From: an uncultured Actinomycetota bacterium
GTDB lineage: Bacteria; Actinomycetota; Actinomycetes; JAHEKZ01
Length of the DNA: 64,000 bases
Direction of reading: 5' to 3'
Assembly: GCA_963743915.1 (NCBI GenBank)
Contig: CAVURN010000003.1
Span: forward strand, 256,001 to 320,000
Below, one piece after another: positions 51,406-61,567 of this stretch; position 1 is the first letter of the stretch; each line of letters opens with the position of its first letter. Below the pieces are notes generated by a model that was given only the letters and a program-made list of their open reading frames with translations, did not search any database and was not told the origin of the DNA. Made by a program: the position numbers and the translations under genes.

Positions 51406-52796
51406 GTCCCACGACGTCCGGCACCGCGACCGTCGAGCCGGCGGCGGTCCGCACCCAGAGCCCACGGCGGCGGCGCGGTGCCGAGCTGGCGCTGCTCGTG
51501 CTTGCTTACGGCATCTCACTGGCCGCCTTCGTGCAGGTCGACCTCGTGCTGCTCGACGGGCTGAGCGACGACTTCACCACCTTCGCCATCGCCTTCGGAT
51601 CAGGCTTGCTGGTCGCCCACATCGCGTTGCGTCGGTTCGCGCCCTACGCCGATCCGGTGCTGCTGCCGGTGGTGTCGCTGCTGAACGGTCTGGGTCTCGC
51701 CATGATCCACCGTCTGGACCTCGCTCAGGACCGCACGCCGGCGAACCCGGACTACGTGGCCCAGATCGGTTGGTTCGTCCTGGCGGTGGGCCTGTTCGTC
51801 GCGGTCCTGCTGCTCGTGCGCGACCACCGCGTCCTTCAGCGCTACACCTACACCGCCATGCTCGTTGGACTGGTCCTGCTGATCCTGCCGCTGCTTCCGC
51901 TGCTCGGTGCCGAGATCAACGGGGCACGCATCTGGGTGCGCCTCGACCTCGGCGCCCGCACCTTCAGCTTCCAGCCGGCGGAGGTCGGAAAGATCGTCTT
52001 CATCGTCTTCTTCGCCGGCTACCTCGTCGTCAAGCGCGACGTGCTCGCTCTGGCGCGCAGCCGGGTCCTCGGCGTCGATCTCCCCCGCGGCCGCGACCTC
52101 GGCCCGATCCTGGTCGCCTGGGCGGCCTCCCTCGGAGTCCTGGTGTTCCAGCGCGACCTGGGCACGTCCCTGCTGTTCTTCGGCGTCTTCGTGGCCATGC
52201 TCTACATCGCGACGGAACGACGCTCGTGGATCATCATCGGCGGAGTCCTCTTCGCGAGTGGCGCGCTCATCGCGTACCAGCTCTTCGAACACGTGCGGCT
52301 GCGTGTCGGCATCTGGATCGACCCCTTCACCGACGAGGTGGGCGACGGGTACCAGATCGCGCAGAGCCTGTACGGCTTCGCGAGCGGGGGGGTGCTCGGT
52401 GTCGGGCTCGGTCAGGGTCACCCCGACTTCGTGCCTTTCGCCGAGACCGACTTCATCATGTCCGCCTTCGGCGAGGAGCTGGGGCTCACTGGCGTCATGG
52501 CGCTGCTGGTGCTGTACGCGATCGTCGTCGAACGCGGGCTGCGCACCGCGGTCGCCGTCCGGGACCCGTTCGGCAAGCTCCTGGCGGCTGGACTGTCAAC
52601 GGCTCTGGGCATCCAGGTGTTCGTCGTGGTGGGCGGCGTGATGAAGCTGATCCCGCTGACCGGCCTCACCACCCCCTTCCTCTCGTACGGTGGCTCGTCG
52701 CTGGTGGCCAACTGGGCGCTCGTCGCTCTGCTGCTGCGGGTGAGTGACGCCGCGCGGCGTCCGCCTGAGGCTGCGACCCGCGAGGTGGTGTCGTGA
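51402..52796 (+). CDS. rodA: SEDS family protein RodA
   Basis: FQPAEVGK, QRDLGT, TDFI.S.FGEELG, IPLTGLTTPFLSYGGSS. Confidence 0.93.
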   Translation: MSPTTSGTATVEPAAVRTQSPRRRRGAELALLVLAYGISLAAFVQVDLVLLDGLSDDFTTFAIAFGSGLLVAHIALRRFAPYADPVLLPVVSLLNGLGLAMIHRLDLAQDRTPANPDYVAQIGWFVLAVGLFVAVLLLVRDHRVLQRYTYTAMLVGLVLLILPLLPLLGAEINGARIWVRLDLGARTFSFQPAEVGKIVFIVFFAGYLVVKRDVLALARSRVLGVDLPRGRDLGPILVAWAASLGVLVFQRDLGTSLLFFGVFVAMLYIATERRSWIIIGGVLFASGALIAYQLFEHVRLRVGIWIDPFTDEVGDGYQIAQSLYGFASGGVLGVGLGQGHPDFVPFAETDFIMSAFGEELGLTGVMALLVLYAIVVERGLRTAVAVRDPFGKLLAAGLSTALGIQVFVVVGGVMKLIPLTGLTTPFLSYGGSSLVANWALVALLLRVSDAARRPPEAATREVVS

Positions 52797-54232
52797 ACTC
52801 CACCATCCGTCGCACCGCCATCGCCCTGGGCTTCCTGATGCTCGCGCTCATGGTCAACGCCAACGTGCTCGCCGTCATCCAGAACGACGAGCTCCGAGCG
52901 CGCGACGGCAACCGGCGTCAGATCATCGACGAGTACGACCAACAGCGCGGCTCGCTACTGGTCGGGCGCAAGGCGGTGGCGAAGTCGGTGGCGACGGACG
53001 AGCGATTGCGCTACCTGCGCGTGTACTCCGACGGCCCGGTGTACGCACCGGTGACCGGCTACTACTCGGTCTATGGAGCGACGGGGATCGAGAAGGCGGA
53101 GAACACCTTGCTTTCCGGCAACGACGACCGGCTGTTCGTCGACCGGCTGACCACCCTGTTCTCCGGACAGCAGCCCCAGGGCGGCAACGTCGTCCTCACC
53201 CTCGACGCGGACGCGCAGCGGGCGGCCTTCAACGGACTGGCCGGCCAAGAGGGGGCCGTCGCGGCGATCGACCCGCGCAGCGGCGCGATCCTGGCGCTGG
53301 CGTCCTCGCCTTCCTTCGACCCGAACCTGCTGGCGTCGCACGACCCCACCGAGGTGAGCGACAGCTACGACAAGCTGCGCAAGGATCCGACCGACCCCCT
53401 GCTCAACCGCTCCATCCAGCAGGTCTACCCGCCGGGGTCGCTGTTCAAGGTGGTCGTGACCGCAGCGGCGCTGAGCAGCGGTGATTACACACCCGACACC
53501 GAGATCCCGGGCCCTGCGGTGCTCGACCTGCCGGAGACCTCGGCCACGATCAACAACTTCGACGACTCCCCGTGTCTGGACGGCGAGGTCACGCTCACGC
53601 AGGCGCTGGCGATCTCCTGCAACACGGCGTTCGCGCGCGTCGGGCTCGACCTCGGCGACAACGCCCTCCGCGAGCAGGCCGAGAAGTTCGGCTTCAACCG
53701 CGCCCTGGAGATTCCGCTGCCGGTGGTGCCGAGCGTGTACCCCGACGACCTCAACGCCCCCCAGACGGCCCAGAGCGCCATCGGCCAGTACGACGTCCGG
53801 GCGACCGCCCTGCAGATGGCGATGGTGGGGGCCGGGGTGGCCAACGACGGGGTGGTGATGAAGCCGTACCTGGTCGCCGAGGAGCAGGCCCCCGACCTGT
53901 CCGCGCTCTCCATCACCGAACCGGAACCATTGACCCGCGCTGTGTCGTCTGACGTTGCGGGAGAGCTGCGCGACATGATGGTGACGGTCGTCACCAGTGG
54001 CACCGGGGGCAGCGCGGCGATTCCCGGCGTCAGCGTGGGTGGCAAGACCGGGACCGCGCAGGACGGAAACCGCCCGCCCCACGTGTGGTTCATGGCCTTC
54101 GCCCCCGCGGAGGATCCCCAGGTGGCGGTGGCGGTGATCGTCGAGAACGGCGGTCGACTCGGAGAAGACGCGACGGGTGGGGCAGTGGCAGGTCCCATCG
54201 CGCGAGATGTCATGGAGGCGGTGCTGCAGTGA
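52793..54232 (+). CDS. pbpA: Class B penicillin-binding protein PbpA
   Basis: PPGSLFK (SxxK), SCN, KTGTAQ. Confidence 0.93.
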   Translation: MNSTIRRTAIALGFLMLALMVNANVLAVIQNDELRARDGNRRQIIDEYDQQRGSLLVGRKAVAKSVATDERLRYLRVYSDGPVYAPVTGYYSVYGATGIEKAENTLLSGNDDRLFVDRLTTLFSGQQPQGGNVVLTLDADAQRAAFNGLAGQEGAVAAIDPRSGAILALASSPSFDPNLLASHDPTEVSDSYDKLRKDPTDPLLNRSIQQVYPPGSLFKVVVTAAALSSGDYTPDTEIPGPAVLDLPETSATINNFDDSPCLDGEVTLTQALAISCNTAFARVGLDLGDNALREQAEKFGFNRALEIPLPVVPSVYPDDLNAPQTAQSAIGQYDVRATALQMAMVGAGVANDGVVMKPYLVAEEQAPDLSALSITEPEPLTRAVSSDVAGELRDMMVTVVTSGTGGSAAIPGVSVGGKTGTAQDGNRPPHVWFMAFAPAEDPQVAVAVIVENGGRLGEDATGGAVAGPIARDVMEAVLQ

Positions 54233-55929
54233 GCGGCGACAGGACGAACGGGACGCTCGGCGGGCGCTACGAGCTCGGCGAACTGCTCGGGCACGGAGGC
54301 ATGGCCGACGTCCGCAAGGCGCGTGACCTGAGGCTCGGTCGCACGGTCGCGGTGAAGATGCTGCGGACCGACCTGGCCAAGGACGCCACGTTCCAGGCCC
54401 GCTTCCGGCGAGAGGCGCAGTCCGCCGCTGCCCTCAACGCCCCCTCGGTCGTCGCGGTCTATGACACCGGGGAGGACGAGCTCGAGGGCGTCCGCGTCCC
54501 CTACATCGTCATGGAGTACGTCGAGGGTCAGACGCTTCGCGAGCTGCTCCGCACCGGTGAGCGGCTCATGCCCAACCGCGCTCTCGAGATCACCGCTGGC
54601 GTCCTCACCGCGCTCGAGTACAGCCACCAGCAGGGGATCATCCACCGGGACATCAAGCCGGCCAACGTCATGCTCGCGAAGAACGGCGATGTCAAGGTGA
54701 TGGACTTCGGCATAGCCCGTGCTGTCGCCGATAGCGGCGCCACCATGACGCAGACCGCCAACGTCCTCGGAACAGCCCAGTACCTCTCGCCCGAGCAGGC
54801 GCGTGGTGAGACGGTCGACGCACGCTCCGACGTCTACTCCGCCGGCTGCCTGCTCTACGAGCTGCTCACGGGGCGTCCCCCGTTCCAGGGCGAGTCACCC
54901 GTCGCTGTCGCGTACCAGCACGTGCGTGAGAACCCGGCGCCCCCGTCGACGATCACCCGCGACATCGGCCCCGAGGCCGACGCGATCGTGATGAAGGCGC
55001 TGACCAAGAATCCCCAGAACCGCTACCAGTCCGCGCGGGAGATGCGCAGCGACATCCAGCGCGCGATCCAGGGCGCCACGGTCTCGGCTCCGCCGGTGCT
55101 CGCCGAACCGCCCACGCAGGCGCTGACCGCCGTCACCGAGCCCCCTGAGGAGGAGAAGACGCGCAAGGGCGGCTACCTGGCCCTCATCATCGGCGTCGTC
55201 CTCGCGCTCGCGCTGCTCGGCGTCGGTGCCTGGGCCCTGCTCGGTGGTGACAAGAATCTGGTCGCCGTCCCCAACGTCGTGGATCTCTCCCTCAAGAAGG
55301 CGACGGTGGCGATCGAGGACGCCGGCTTCGTCGTGGGCGACGTGGAGACCCAGACGAGCGACGCGAAGCAGAACACCGTCCTCAGCCAGAGCCCCACCGG
55401 AGACTCCGAGGCCGAGGAGGGGAGCGCCATCGACCTCGTCATCTCCAAGGGACCGGAGCAGGTCGAGGTGCCACTGCTGGAGGGATTCACCGAGACAGAG
55501 GCGATCGAGCGCATCCGCGACGCCGACCTGCTCTACGCCGGCTCCGAGGACGTCCCGTCCGACCAACCCGCGGGTACCGTGGTGGGGTCCGACCCGTCGC
55601 AGGGAACCCTCGTCGACGTCGGATCCGACGTCACGCTGCAGGTGAGCAACGGCGAGGTCGAGGTGCCGAGCGTCATCGGCGACACGGAGGCTGAAGCTCG
55701 GGCCAAGCTCGGGGCGGCCGGCTTCAACGTGACCGTCGTCTACGAGCAGACCGACACCGAGGACCCCGGCATCGTGCTCGAACAGTCACCAGCGGCCGGG
55801 GACACCGCCCGCCTCGCGACGACCGTGCTGCTGACGGTGTCCGAGGCGGCCCCGACCCCGACCCCGACCCCGTCACCGAGCCCCAGTGACACCAAGACCA
55901 ACAACGGCATCGGCAACGGGAGCGACTGA
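54229..55929 (+). CDS. pknB: Ser/Thr kinase PknB with PASTA repeats
   Basis: LGHGGMA, VAVK, HRDIKPAN, MDFGIAR, GTAQYLSPEQ, TM, three PASTA-like repeats. Confidence 0.95.
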   Translation: MSGDRTNGTLGGRYELGELLGHGGMADVRKARDLRLGRTVAVKMLRTDLAKDATFQARFRREAQSAAALNAPSVVAVYDTGEDELEGVRVPYIVMEYVEGQTLRELLRTGERLMPNRALEITAGVLTALEYSHQQGIIHRDIKPANVMLAKNGDVKVMDFGIARAVADSGATMTQTANVLGTAQYLSPEQARGETVDARSDVYSAGCLLYELLTGRPPFQGESPVAVAYQHVRENPAPPSTITRDIGPEADAIVMKALTKNPQNRYQSAREMRSDIQRAIQGATVSAPPVLAEPPTQALTAVTEPPEEEKTRKGGYLALIIGVVLALALLGVGAWALLGGDKNLVAVPNVVDLSLKKATVAIEDAGFVVGDVETQTSDAKQNTVLSQSPTGDSEAEEGSAIDLVISKGPEQVEVPLLEGFTETEAIERIRDADLLYAGSEDVPSDQPAGTVVGSDPSQGTLVDVGSDVTLQVSNGEVEVPSVIGDTEAEARAKLGAAGFNVTVVYEQTDTEDPGIVLEQSPAAGDTARLATTVLLTVSEAAPTPTPTPSPSPSDTKTNNGIGNGSD

Positions 55930-55942
55930 CGCCGCACCCTCA

Positions 55943-56064
55943 ATGGGTGCGGTGTGACACCGATACCGTTGATTGCAGGTATGGCAACACCCATCGGCGA
56001 GGCCTCGAAGTCATGGGAACGGCGATCCCTTCGATCAATGAAGGCGGTGTCACACCGCACCCAT
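55943..56064. repeat. Inverted doublet of family A (REPIN/MITE-like)
   Basis: Perfect 20-bp terminal inverted repeats ATGGGTGCGGTGTGACACCG (55943-55962) and CGGTGTCACACCGCACCCAT (56045-56064). Confidence 0.88.
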
Positions 56065-56088
56065 ACGTGAGGGGCGACCGGTCGCCCG

Positions 56089-56718
56089 CTAGCCAGCGGT
56101 CGCGACCACCGGTGCCAGGCCCGCAGAGCGTTCGACTGCCGCGGCGTCGCCGCAGACGGTCAACCAGTTGGCGAGGATCCGGTGGCCGCCCTCGGTCAGC
56201 ACCGACTCCGGATGGAACTGCACCCCCTCGACGGCGAGGGAGTGGTGCTTCATCGCCATGATCACGCCGGACGCCGTGCGTCCCGTGACGTCCCACTCGG
56301 GCGGGACGGTGTCGGCATCGACGGCGAGCGAGTGGTAGCGGGTCGCGGTGAAGGGGTTCGGCAGCCCGGCCAGGACTCCGGCACCGTCGTGCTCGACGAG
56401 GCTCGTCTTGCCGTGCAGCAGCTCAGGTGCACGTCCGACGGTCGCCCCATACGCCACGGCCATGGCCTGCAGCCCCAGGCACACGCCGAAGATCGGCACC
56501 TGCCCGGCCAGGCGGCGCACCAGGGGGACGCACACGCCGGCGTCCTCCGGGACACCCGGACCAGGGCTCAACAGGATTCCGTCGTACCCGGCGGCAGCAT
56601 CGAGGTCGACCTCGTCGTTGCGCAGCACCGTGCACGACGCGCCGAGCTGCGCCAGGTACTGCACGAGGTTGTAGACGAACGAGTCGTAGTTGTCGACGAC
56701 GAGCACCCGGGCGACCAC
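56089..56718 (-). CDS. trpG: Anthranilate/aminodeoxychorismate synthase component II (glutamine amidotransferase)
   Basis: VDNYDSF, LSPGPG, GVCLG, RYHSL, GVQFHPES. Confidence 0.93.
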   Translation of the reverse strand: MVARVLVVDNYDSFVYNLVQYLAQLGASCTVLRNDEVDLDAAAGYDGILLSPGPGVPEDAGVCVPLVRRLAGQVPIFGVCLGLQAMAVAYGATVGRAPELLHGKTSLVEHDGAGVLAGLPNPFTATRYHSLAVDADTVPPEWDVTGRTASGVIMAMKHHSLAVEGVQFHPESVLTEGGHRILANWLTVCGDAAAVERSAGLAPVVATAG

Positions 56719-56732
56719 GTGAGCCAGCCTAG

Positions 56733-56903
56733 CTATCCCGATGGAGTGGGCTCGACCGTGACCTCGGTGAACGGCAGGCGAGGCTCGACCCAGGGGAACA
56801 CCCACCCGAAGAGCAGCACGACGACGACGGCCAGCAGCGCCAGGGCGACCAGCAGCTTCACGCCGACCGGTCCGGGCAGACGCCGCCAGATCCACGCGTA
56901 CAT
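56733..56903 (-). CDS. Small conserved membrane protein
   Basis: MYAWIWRRLPGP..VK plus TM and VFPW; coupled to the sortase stop (TGATG). Confidence 0.75.
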   Translation of the reverse strand: MYAWIWRRLPGPVGVKLLVALALLAVVVVLLFGWVFPWVEPRLPFTEVTVEPTPSG

Positions 56904-57575
56904 CAGGCACCACCCCCCAGGGCCGCTGGACGCCCCTCGCCCTTGGGCACCGTCTCGGTCAGGGTGGCGTGAAAGATCAGTCGCTCGTACGACGCCCAGC
57001 GGGGGTTGCACGTCGTCAGGGTCATCAACGCCTTGTTCGGCTCGGCGCTCGGGTCGTTGGGAACGGGCAGGATCACCCCGACCTGGGTTGGCGGGACGAT
57101 GTACTCCTTGGTGACGGTGTAGGTGTACCAGTTGGTACGCGTCTCGACGATGACCGCGTCACCGTTGCGCAGCTGGTCGAGCGAGGCGAACGGCTCGCCG
57201 TTGGTGGCCCGGTGGCCGGCGACCGCGAAGTTGCCGATCCGGCCTGGTAGCGCGGTCGCCGGGTAGTGACCGACACCGGCGGCGAGGTCCTGCCAGCCGG
57301 ACACCCTGCACGATCGGTACCTGGAAGTCGTCGCCCAGGCGGGGGATGTACAGCAGGGCGAACGCCTCGCCTCTCGGCAGCGGCCGCTCGAACTCCGGTG
57401 CGGTGCGGGGCTCACGCTCCCACGTCTCGATCAGGCCGTCGGTCTTGGCCTCGGCGGCCCGGTCGGCCTGCAGGTTGGTCCACACCAGCTGGTAGACGAG
57501 GAAGAGCAGCACGAGCACCCCGGCAGTGATGAGCACCTCGCCGACCACCCCGGTGGTCCGACGGACCACGCTCAC
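56903..57575 (-). CDS. Class E sortase, frameshifted
   Basis: GEVLITAG TM, YIPRLG, NFAVAGHR, LTTCNPR...YER. Confidence 0.88.
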
Positions 57576-58292
57576 GGGCCGACCTGCGCGTACCGCATCG
57601 TCAGCGTGCCGTCGTAGGGGGGCACGGTCACCGCGTCACGCGTCGTCGACGGTGTACCCGAGCCCGATCAGGTCGGCGTAGCGCCGGTAGAGCGCCACCT
57701 GCGGGGACGCCTCGAGGGCACGCTGCAGACGATCGGCAGGACCCACGGCCGTCACGGTATAGGGCGGTGCGTAGACGCGGCCGTGCAGGAGCAGCGTGTT
57801 GCCGACGCAGCGCACGGCACTGGTGCCCACGATGCGCTGGTCCATCACCGCGACCGCCTCGGCGCCTCCCGCCCACAGCGCGTTCACCACAGCCTGCACA
57901 TCCTGCTCGTGCACGACGAAGTCGTCGGCGGTGTAGCCCACAGGCACGCCGGACGCCGGGATGGGGGCGTCCTGAAGCTCGACGACGAGCCCCGGTCCCT
58001 TCACCTCGGAGACGAGGTGCTCGAGGGACCGGTCGCCCGGCGCGGGCGCCTTCTGTGCGGCCACGGCCTCGACCTCTGCGCGGAGGTCGTTCACCTGGGT
58101 CGTGACGGCGTCGAGCCGTTGCTGCTCGACCCGGATGAGGTCGACCAGGTCGGTACGGCGTTCGGCCCGGACGTCGGTCCCTGAGGCCAGCCGGGCCGAC
58201 GTCGCGAGCAGCAGGCCGATGACCAGCAGCAGCGCCGGCACGAGTGCGCGCCACACGACCGAAGACCTCACAGCAACTACGCTACGGGGCAT
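57572..58292 (-). CDS. DUF881 family protein, frameshift near the C-terminus
   Basis: V.GPGL.V.L.DAP, VVHEQD.QAVVNALWAGGAEA, QRI...SAVRCVGNTLLL. Confidence 0.88.
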
Positions 58293-58338
58293 ACCTGCGC
58301 CGCCCGGACCGACGGGGGCGATCGAAGGAGGGGTGGAC

Positions 58339-58593
58339 GTGCCCAAGTCACGGTCGCGCAAGAAGAGCGACTACACCGCACCGAAGGCGTCTCGGGCGTC
58401 CGGCCCGGGCAGCAGCGGCCGGTGGGTGGCGCCGACGATGATCGCTCTGCTCGTGGTGGGGCTCGCATGGGTCGTCCTCTACTACGTGGCGTCGTCGTCC
58501 ATCGGCTTCATCGGCGACCTGGGGGCCTGGAACGTGCTGATCGGGTTCGGCTTCATGTTCGCCGGGCTGATGGTGGCCACCCGCTGGAAGTAG
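58339..58593 (+). CDS. crgA: Cell division protein CrgA
   Basis: MPKSRSRKK, two TM helices, LGAWN..IGFG, TRWK end. Confidence 0.93.
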   Translation: MPKSRSRKKSDYTAPKASRASGPGSSGRWVAPTMIALLVVGLAWVVLYYVASSSIGFIGDLGAWNVLIGFGFMFAGLMVATRWK

Positions 58594-58617
58594 GCGCCAA
58601 ATCACATCGGTGGAATT

Positions 58618-58649
58618 ACGTCCACAGTGGGGACAACTCCTGTGGACGC
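58618..58649. promoter_or_regulatory. Cluster of degenerate DnaA-box-like motifs
   Basis: ACGTCCACA, TGGGGACAA (rc TTGTCCCCA) and TGTGGACGC within about 30 bp; actinobacterial consensus is TT(G/A)TCCACA. Confidence 0.4.
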
Positions 58650-58668
58650 CGACCCGTGGGGAGCGCTC

Positions 58669-60026
58669 ATGCCGGACCAGCCCGAACCCGCGCCGGCTGA
58701 CTACGGCCCTGCTGGAGACCGCCCGGAGCTGGGCCCTGGCCTGGCAGCGGCAGCGACGCGTCCCGGGCATGGCCCTGGTCGTCACCGACCGCAGCCGCAC
58801 CCTGCTGGCGGAGGTGTCCGGGATCGCCGACCGCGGGGGGATGCGTCCGGCCAGAGATGACCAGCGCTGGCAGATCGGCTCGATCTCCAAGGCGTTCACC
58901 AGCATCGCCGTGCTGCAGCTGCAGACACAGGGTCGGCTGTCGGTGCAGGACGCGGTGCTCGATCACCTGCCCTGGGCGTCCCACCTGCATCCCGACCTCA
59001 CCCTGCACCACCTCATGTCCCACACCGGCGGACTCCCCAACGGCAGCGAGTGGACGCCGGACTCGTTGCTGGAGTCGGCGGTGCAGGGGACGGTGGGCAC
59101 CCCCCAGCCTCCCGGCCGTCGCTACCACTACTCCAACCCCGGGTACGAGCTGCTCGGGGACGTCGTGGAGACCGTGACGGGTCAGCCGCTGGAGGAGTAC
59201 CTGGAGCAGCAGGTGATGCGGCCGCTCGGCATGAGCGCGTCCTCCGGCCTCGATCCTCGGCGAGGACCGAGACCGTGACGTCCGTGGCCATCGACCGCCG
59301 CGGGACGACGTCCTCTGGCGCGGGGAGGGCGAACAGGTACCCGATGCCTTCTTCCCCAGCTGCACCGCGGACGGCGCGATCGTGGCCACTCCTGACGACA
59401 TGGCCGTCTACCTCCGCTTCCTGCTCGCTGGTGCTGCGGACGGTGTCCTCGACGCCGACGGGTTCGCGCTGCTGTCCGCGCGCCACGTCGCGGCCGACGG
59501 AGGCTGGTACGGCTACGGCCTCCGCATCGAGGAGACGGGCGGACGCGTCGTGCTCGGGCACGGCGGCGGGATGGTCGGCATGTTCGCCGACGTGCAGGTC
59601 GACCGCGAGCGCGGCATCGGCACCTGCATGTTGGTCAACGGCCACTGCGACGTGTGGGAGGCGAACGGCTACCTGCTCGGGATGCTGTCCGGCGTCGAGG
59701 TCACCGCACTGCCCTGGCCGCCCTCCGATCCCGCCGATGAGACGACCGACGACGCGCGACACGCGCCCTTCGTGGGGCTCTACCGGTCGTACAACCCGTG
59801 GATGCCCACCCTGCGCGTCTTCGGCAGCAGCGAGGGCCTGCGCCTGGTCGACCCCGTCGCCGGTGAGGCGACCACACTGCACGCGGTGTCGGGGACGAGG
59901 TTCCACGTGGGTCATCCGGACTCGCCGGACATCGTCGAGTTCGATGTCGAGGTCGACGGCCGCTACCAGCGCCTAGAGGTGTCGGGCTGCGTCTACGGCA
60001 GGGCCCGACGCGACCCCACCCGGTAG
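58669..60026 (+). CDS. Serine hydrolase (beta-lactamase/AmpC-like), frameshifted
   Basis: IGSISKAF (SxxK), LMSHTGGL, YHYSN, LGHGGGM. Confidence 0.85.
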
Positions 60027-60950
60027 TGGTGCCGGCAACGCAGCCGCCCCGATCACGGTGAGGTCGTCCAGGCAGGACCGCGAGATGGAGGCGCCGTCGA
60101 CGCAGGCGTCGATCTCGGCGCTCCGGGAGACGGAGACGCCCGCGCAGACGAGGAGCACCAGCACCGAGGCTCCGATCGACACCGCGAGCCGGCTGCGCTG
60201 CGGTGAATAGACCATGGCCGCGGTGAGCAGGGTGCCCACCAGCAGCCCGCCCAGGTGCGCTCTCCAGTTGATGTTGAATCCGGGCACGAACCCGATGACG
60301 ACGTTGATCGCAATGATCGCGATGAGGCCACCCACGTCGAACCGCAGCCGGAGCATCAGCACGAACAGGGCGCCGAACAGGCCGAACACCGCCCCGGACG
60401 CCCCCACCGACGTCTGCAGCGGCGAGTCGACGGCGTAGGACAGCACCGACCCGCCGAGAGCGCTCAGCAGGTAGACGACGAGGTAGCGCCACCGTCCCAG
60501 GCGTGACTCCACCGCGCCACCGACCAACCACAGCGCCAGCATGTTGAGCGCAAGGTGCATGAGGCCGGCGTGCAGGAAGGCAGCAGTGATCAAGCGGTAC
60601 CACTCGTCGAAGACAGCGACCGCGACGCCGTTCATCGCGAAGTCCGTGGTCAGCGCGTCATCGGTGACGTACTGCAGCACGAAGAATCCGACGTTGAGCG
60701 CGACCAGGATCTTGGTCACCAGGACGGGATCGCGGTGGATCGCGCCGCCCGCGAGCGTGCGCGCCTCACGGACCGACGCGTTGCCCTCGCGGACGCAGTC
60801 CGGGCACTGGAACCCGACGGGCGCGCTCACCATGCAGTCCGGACAGATCGGTCGCTCGCAGCGCGTGCACCGGATGTGACTCTCGCGCTCCGGGTGCCGG
60901 TAGCAGGTGGGTGGCGCCGACGGGGGATCGGTCGAGAGCTCTTCGCTCAT
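59973..60950 (-). CDS. Rhomboid intramembrane serine protease with N-terminal Zn-finger
   Basis: CYRHP...CTRCERPICPDC, WYRLITAAFLH, GASGA, AHLGG. Confidence 0.92.
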   Translation of the reverse strand: MSEELSTDPPSAPPTCYRHPERESHIRCTRCERPICPDCMVSAPVGFQCPDCVREGNASVREARTLAGGAIHRDPVLVTKILVALNVGFFVLQYVTDDALTTDFAMNGVAVAVFDEWYRLITAAFLHAGLMHLALNMLALWLVGGAVESRLGRWRYLVVYLLSALGGSVLSYAVDSPLQTSVGASGAVFGLFGALFVLMLRLRFDVGGLIAIIAINVVIGFVPGFNINWRAHLGGLLVGTLLTAAMVYSPQRSRLAVSIGASVLVLLVCAGVSVSRSAEIDACVDGASISRSCLDDLTVIGAAALPAPLPGGVASGPAVDAARHL

Positions 60951-60959
60951 GTCGAGCGG

Positions 60960-61490
60960 TCAGGCTCCGACGCGCTCGATGGTGACGGACTCGATGACCA
61001 CCGGGTCGACCGGACGGTCCTGCGCGGCCGTCGGCGTCGCCGCGATGGCGTCGACCACGGCACGCGAGTCGGCATCCGCCACCTCGCCGAAGATCGTGTG
61101 CTTGAAGTTGAGCCAGTCCGTCTTGCCGACGGTGATGAAGAACTGCGACCCGTTGGTACCGGGACCGGCGTTGGCCATGGCCAGCAGGTAGGGCTTGCTG
61201 AAGGTCAGCTCGGGGTGGAACTCGTCGCCGAACTTGTAGCCGGGACCACCGGTGCCGGTGCCCAGGGGGTCACCGCCCTGGATCATGAAGCCGCTGATCA
61301 CCCGGTGGAACGTCGTGCCGTCGTAGAGCTTGGCCGTGCTCTTCTCGCCAGTGCCCGGATGCGTCCACTCCCGGGTGCCCTCGGCGAGCTCGACGAAGTT
61401 GGCGACCGTCTTGGGCGCGTGATCCGGAAAGAGCTCGAGGCGGATCGCGCCACGGTTGGTGTTCAGGGTCGCGAAGAGCTGCTCAGCCAC
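60960..61490 (-). CDS. ppiA: Cyclophilin-type peptidyl-prolyl isomerase
   Basis: APKTVANF, FHRVI.GFMIQGGDP, LAMANAGPGTNGSQFFIT, HTIFG. Confidence 0.95.
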   Translation of the reverse strand: MAEQLFATLNTNRGAIRLELFPDHAPKTVANFVELAEGTREWTHPGTGEKSTAKLYDGTTFHRVISGFMIQGGDPLGTGTGGPGYKFGDEFHPELTFSKPYLLAMANAGPGTNGSQFFITVGKTDWLNFKHTIFGEVADADSRAVVDAIAATPTAAQDRPVDPVVIESVTIERVGA

Positions 61491-61567
61491 AGAAAGGTTC
61501 CTTCGTCGAGGGGGCGTTCGGTCGATCCTCGCACACCGCGAAGACCCGCACCGTGTCAGGATCAGCC

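Noticed and set aside
55849-55884. Tandem CCGACC repeats
   Set aside because: They encode the PTPTPTPSPSP tail of PknB, an ordinary low-complexity linker.
52793-55929. No pknA between pbpA and pknB
   Set aside because: A single-kinase version of this cluster is known in other actinobacteria such as Streptomyces, so it is not novel.
59900-59913. GTTCCACGTGGGTC resembling parS
   Set aside because: It breaks the palindrome at two positions and lies in coding sequence.
59973-60026. Convergent 3' overlap of serine hydrolase and rhomboid (54 nt)
   Set aside because: Tail overlaps are common at high GC, and the stop positions may be shifted by indel errors.
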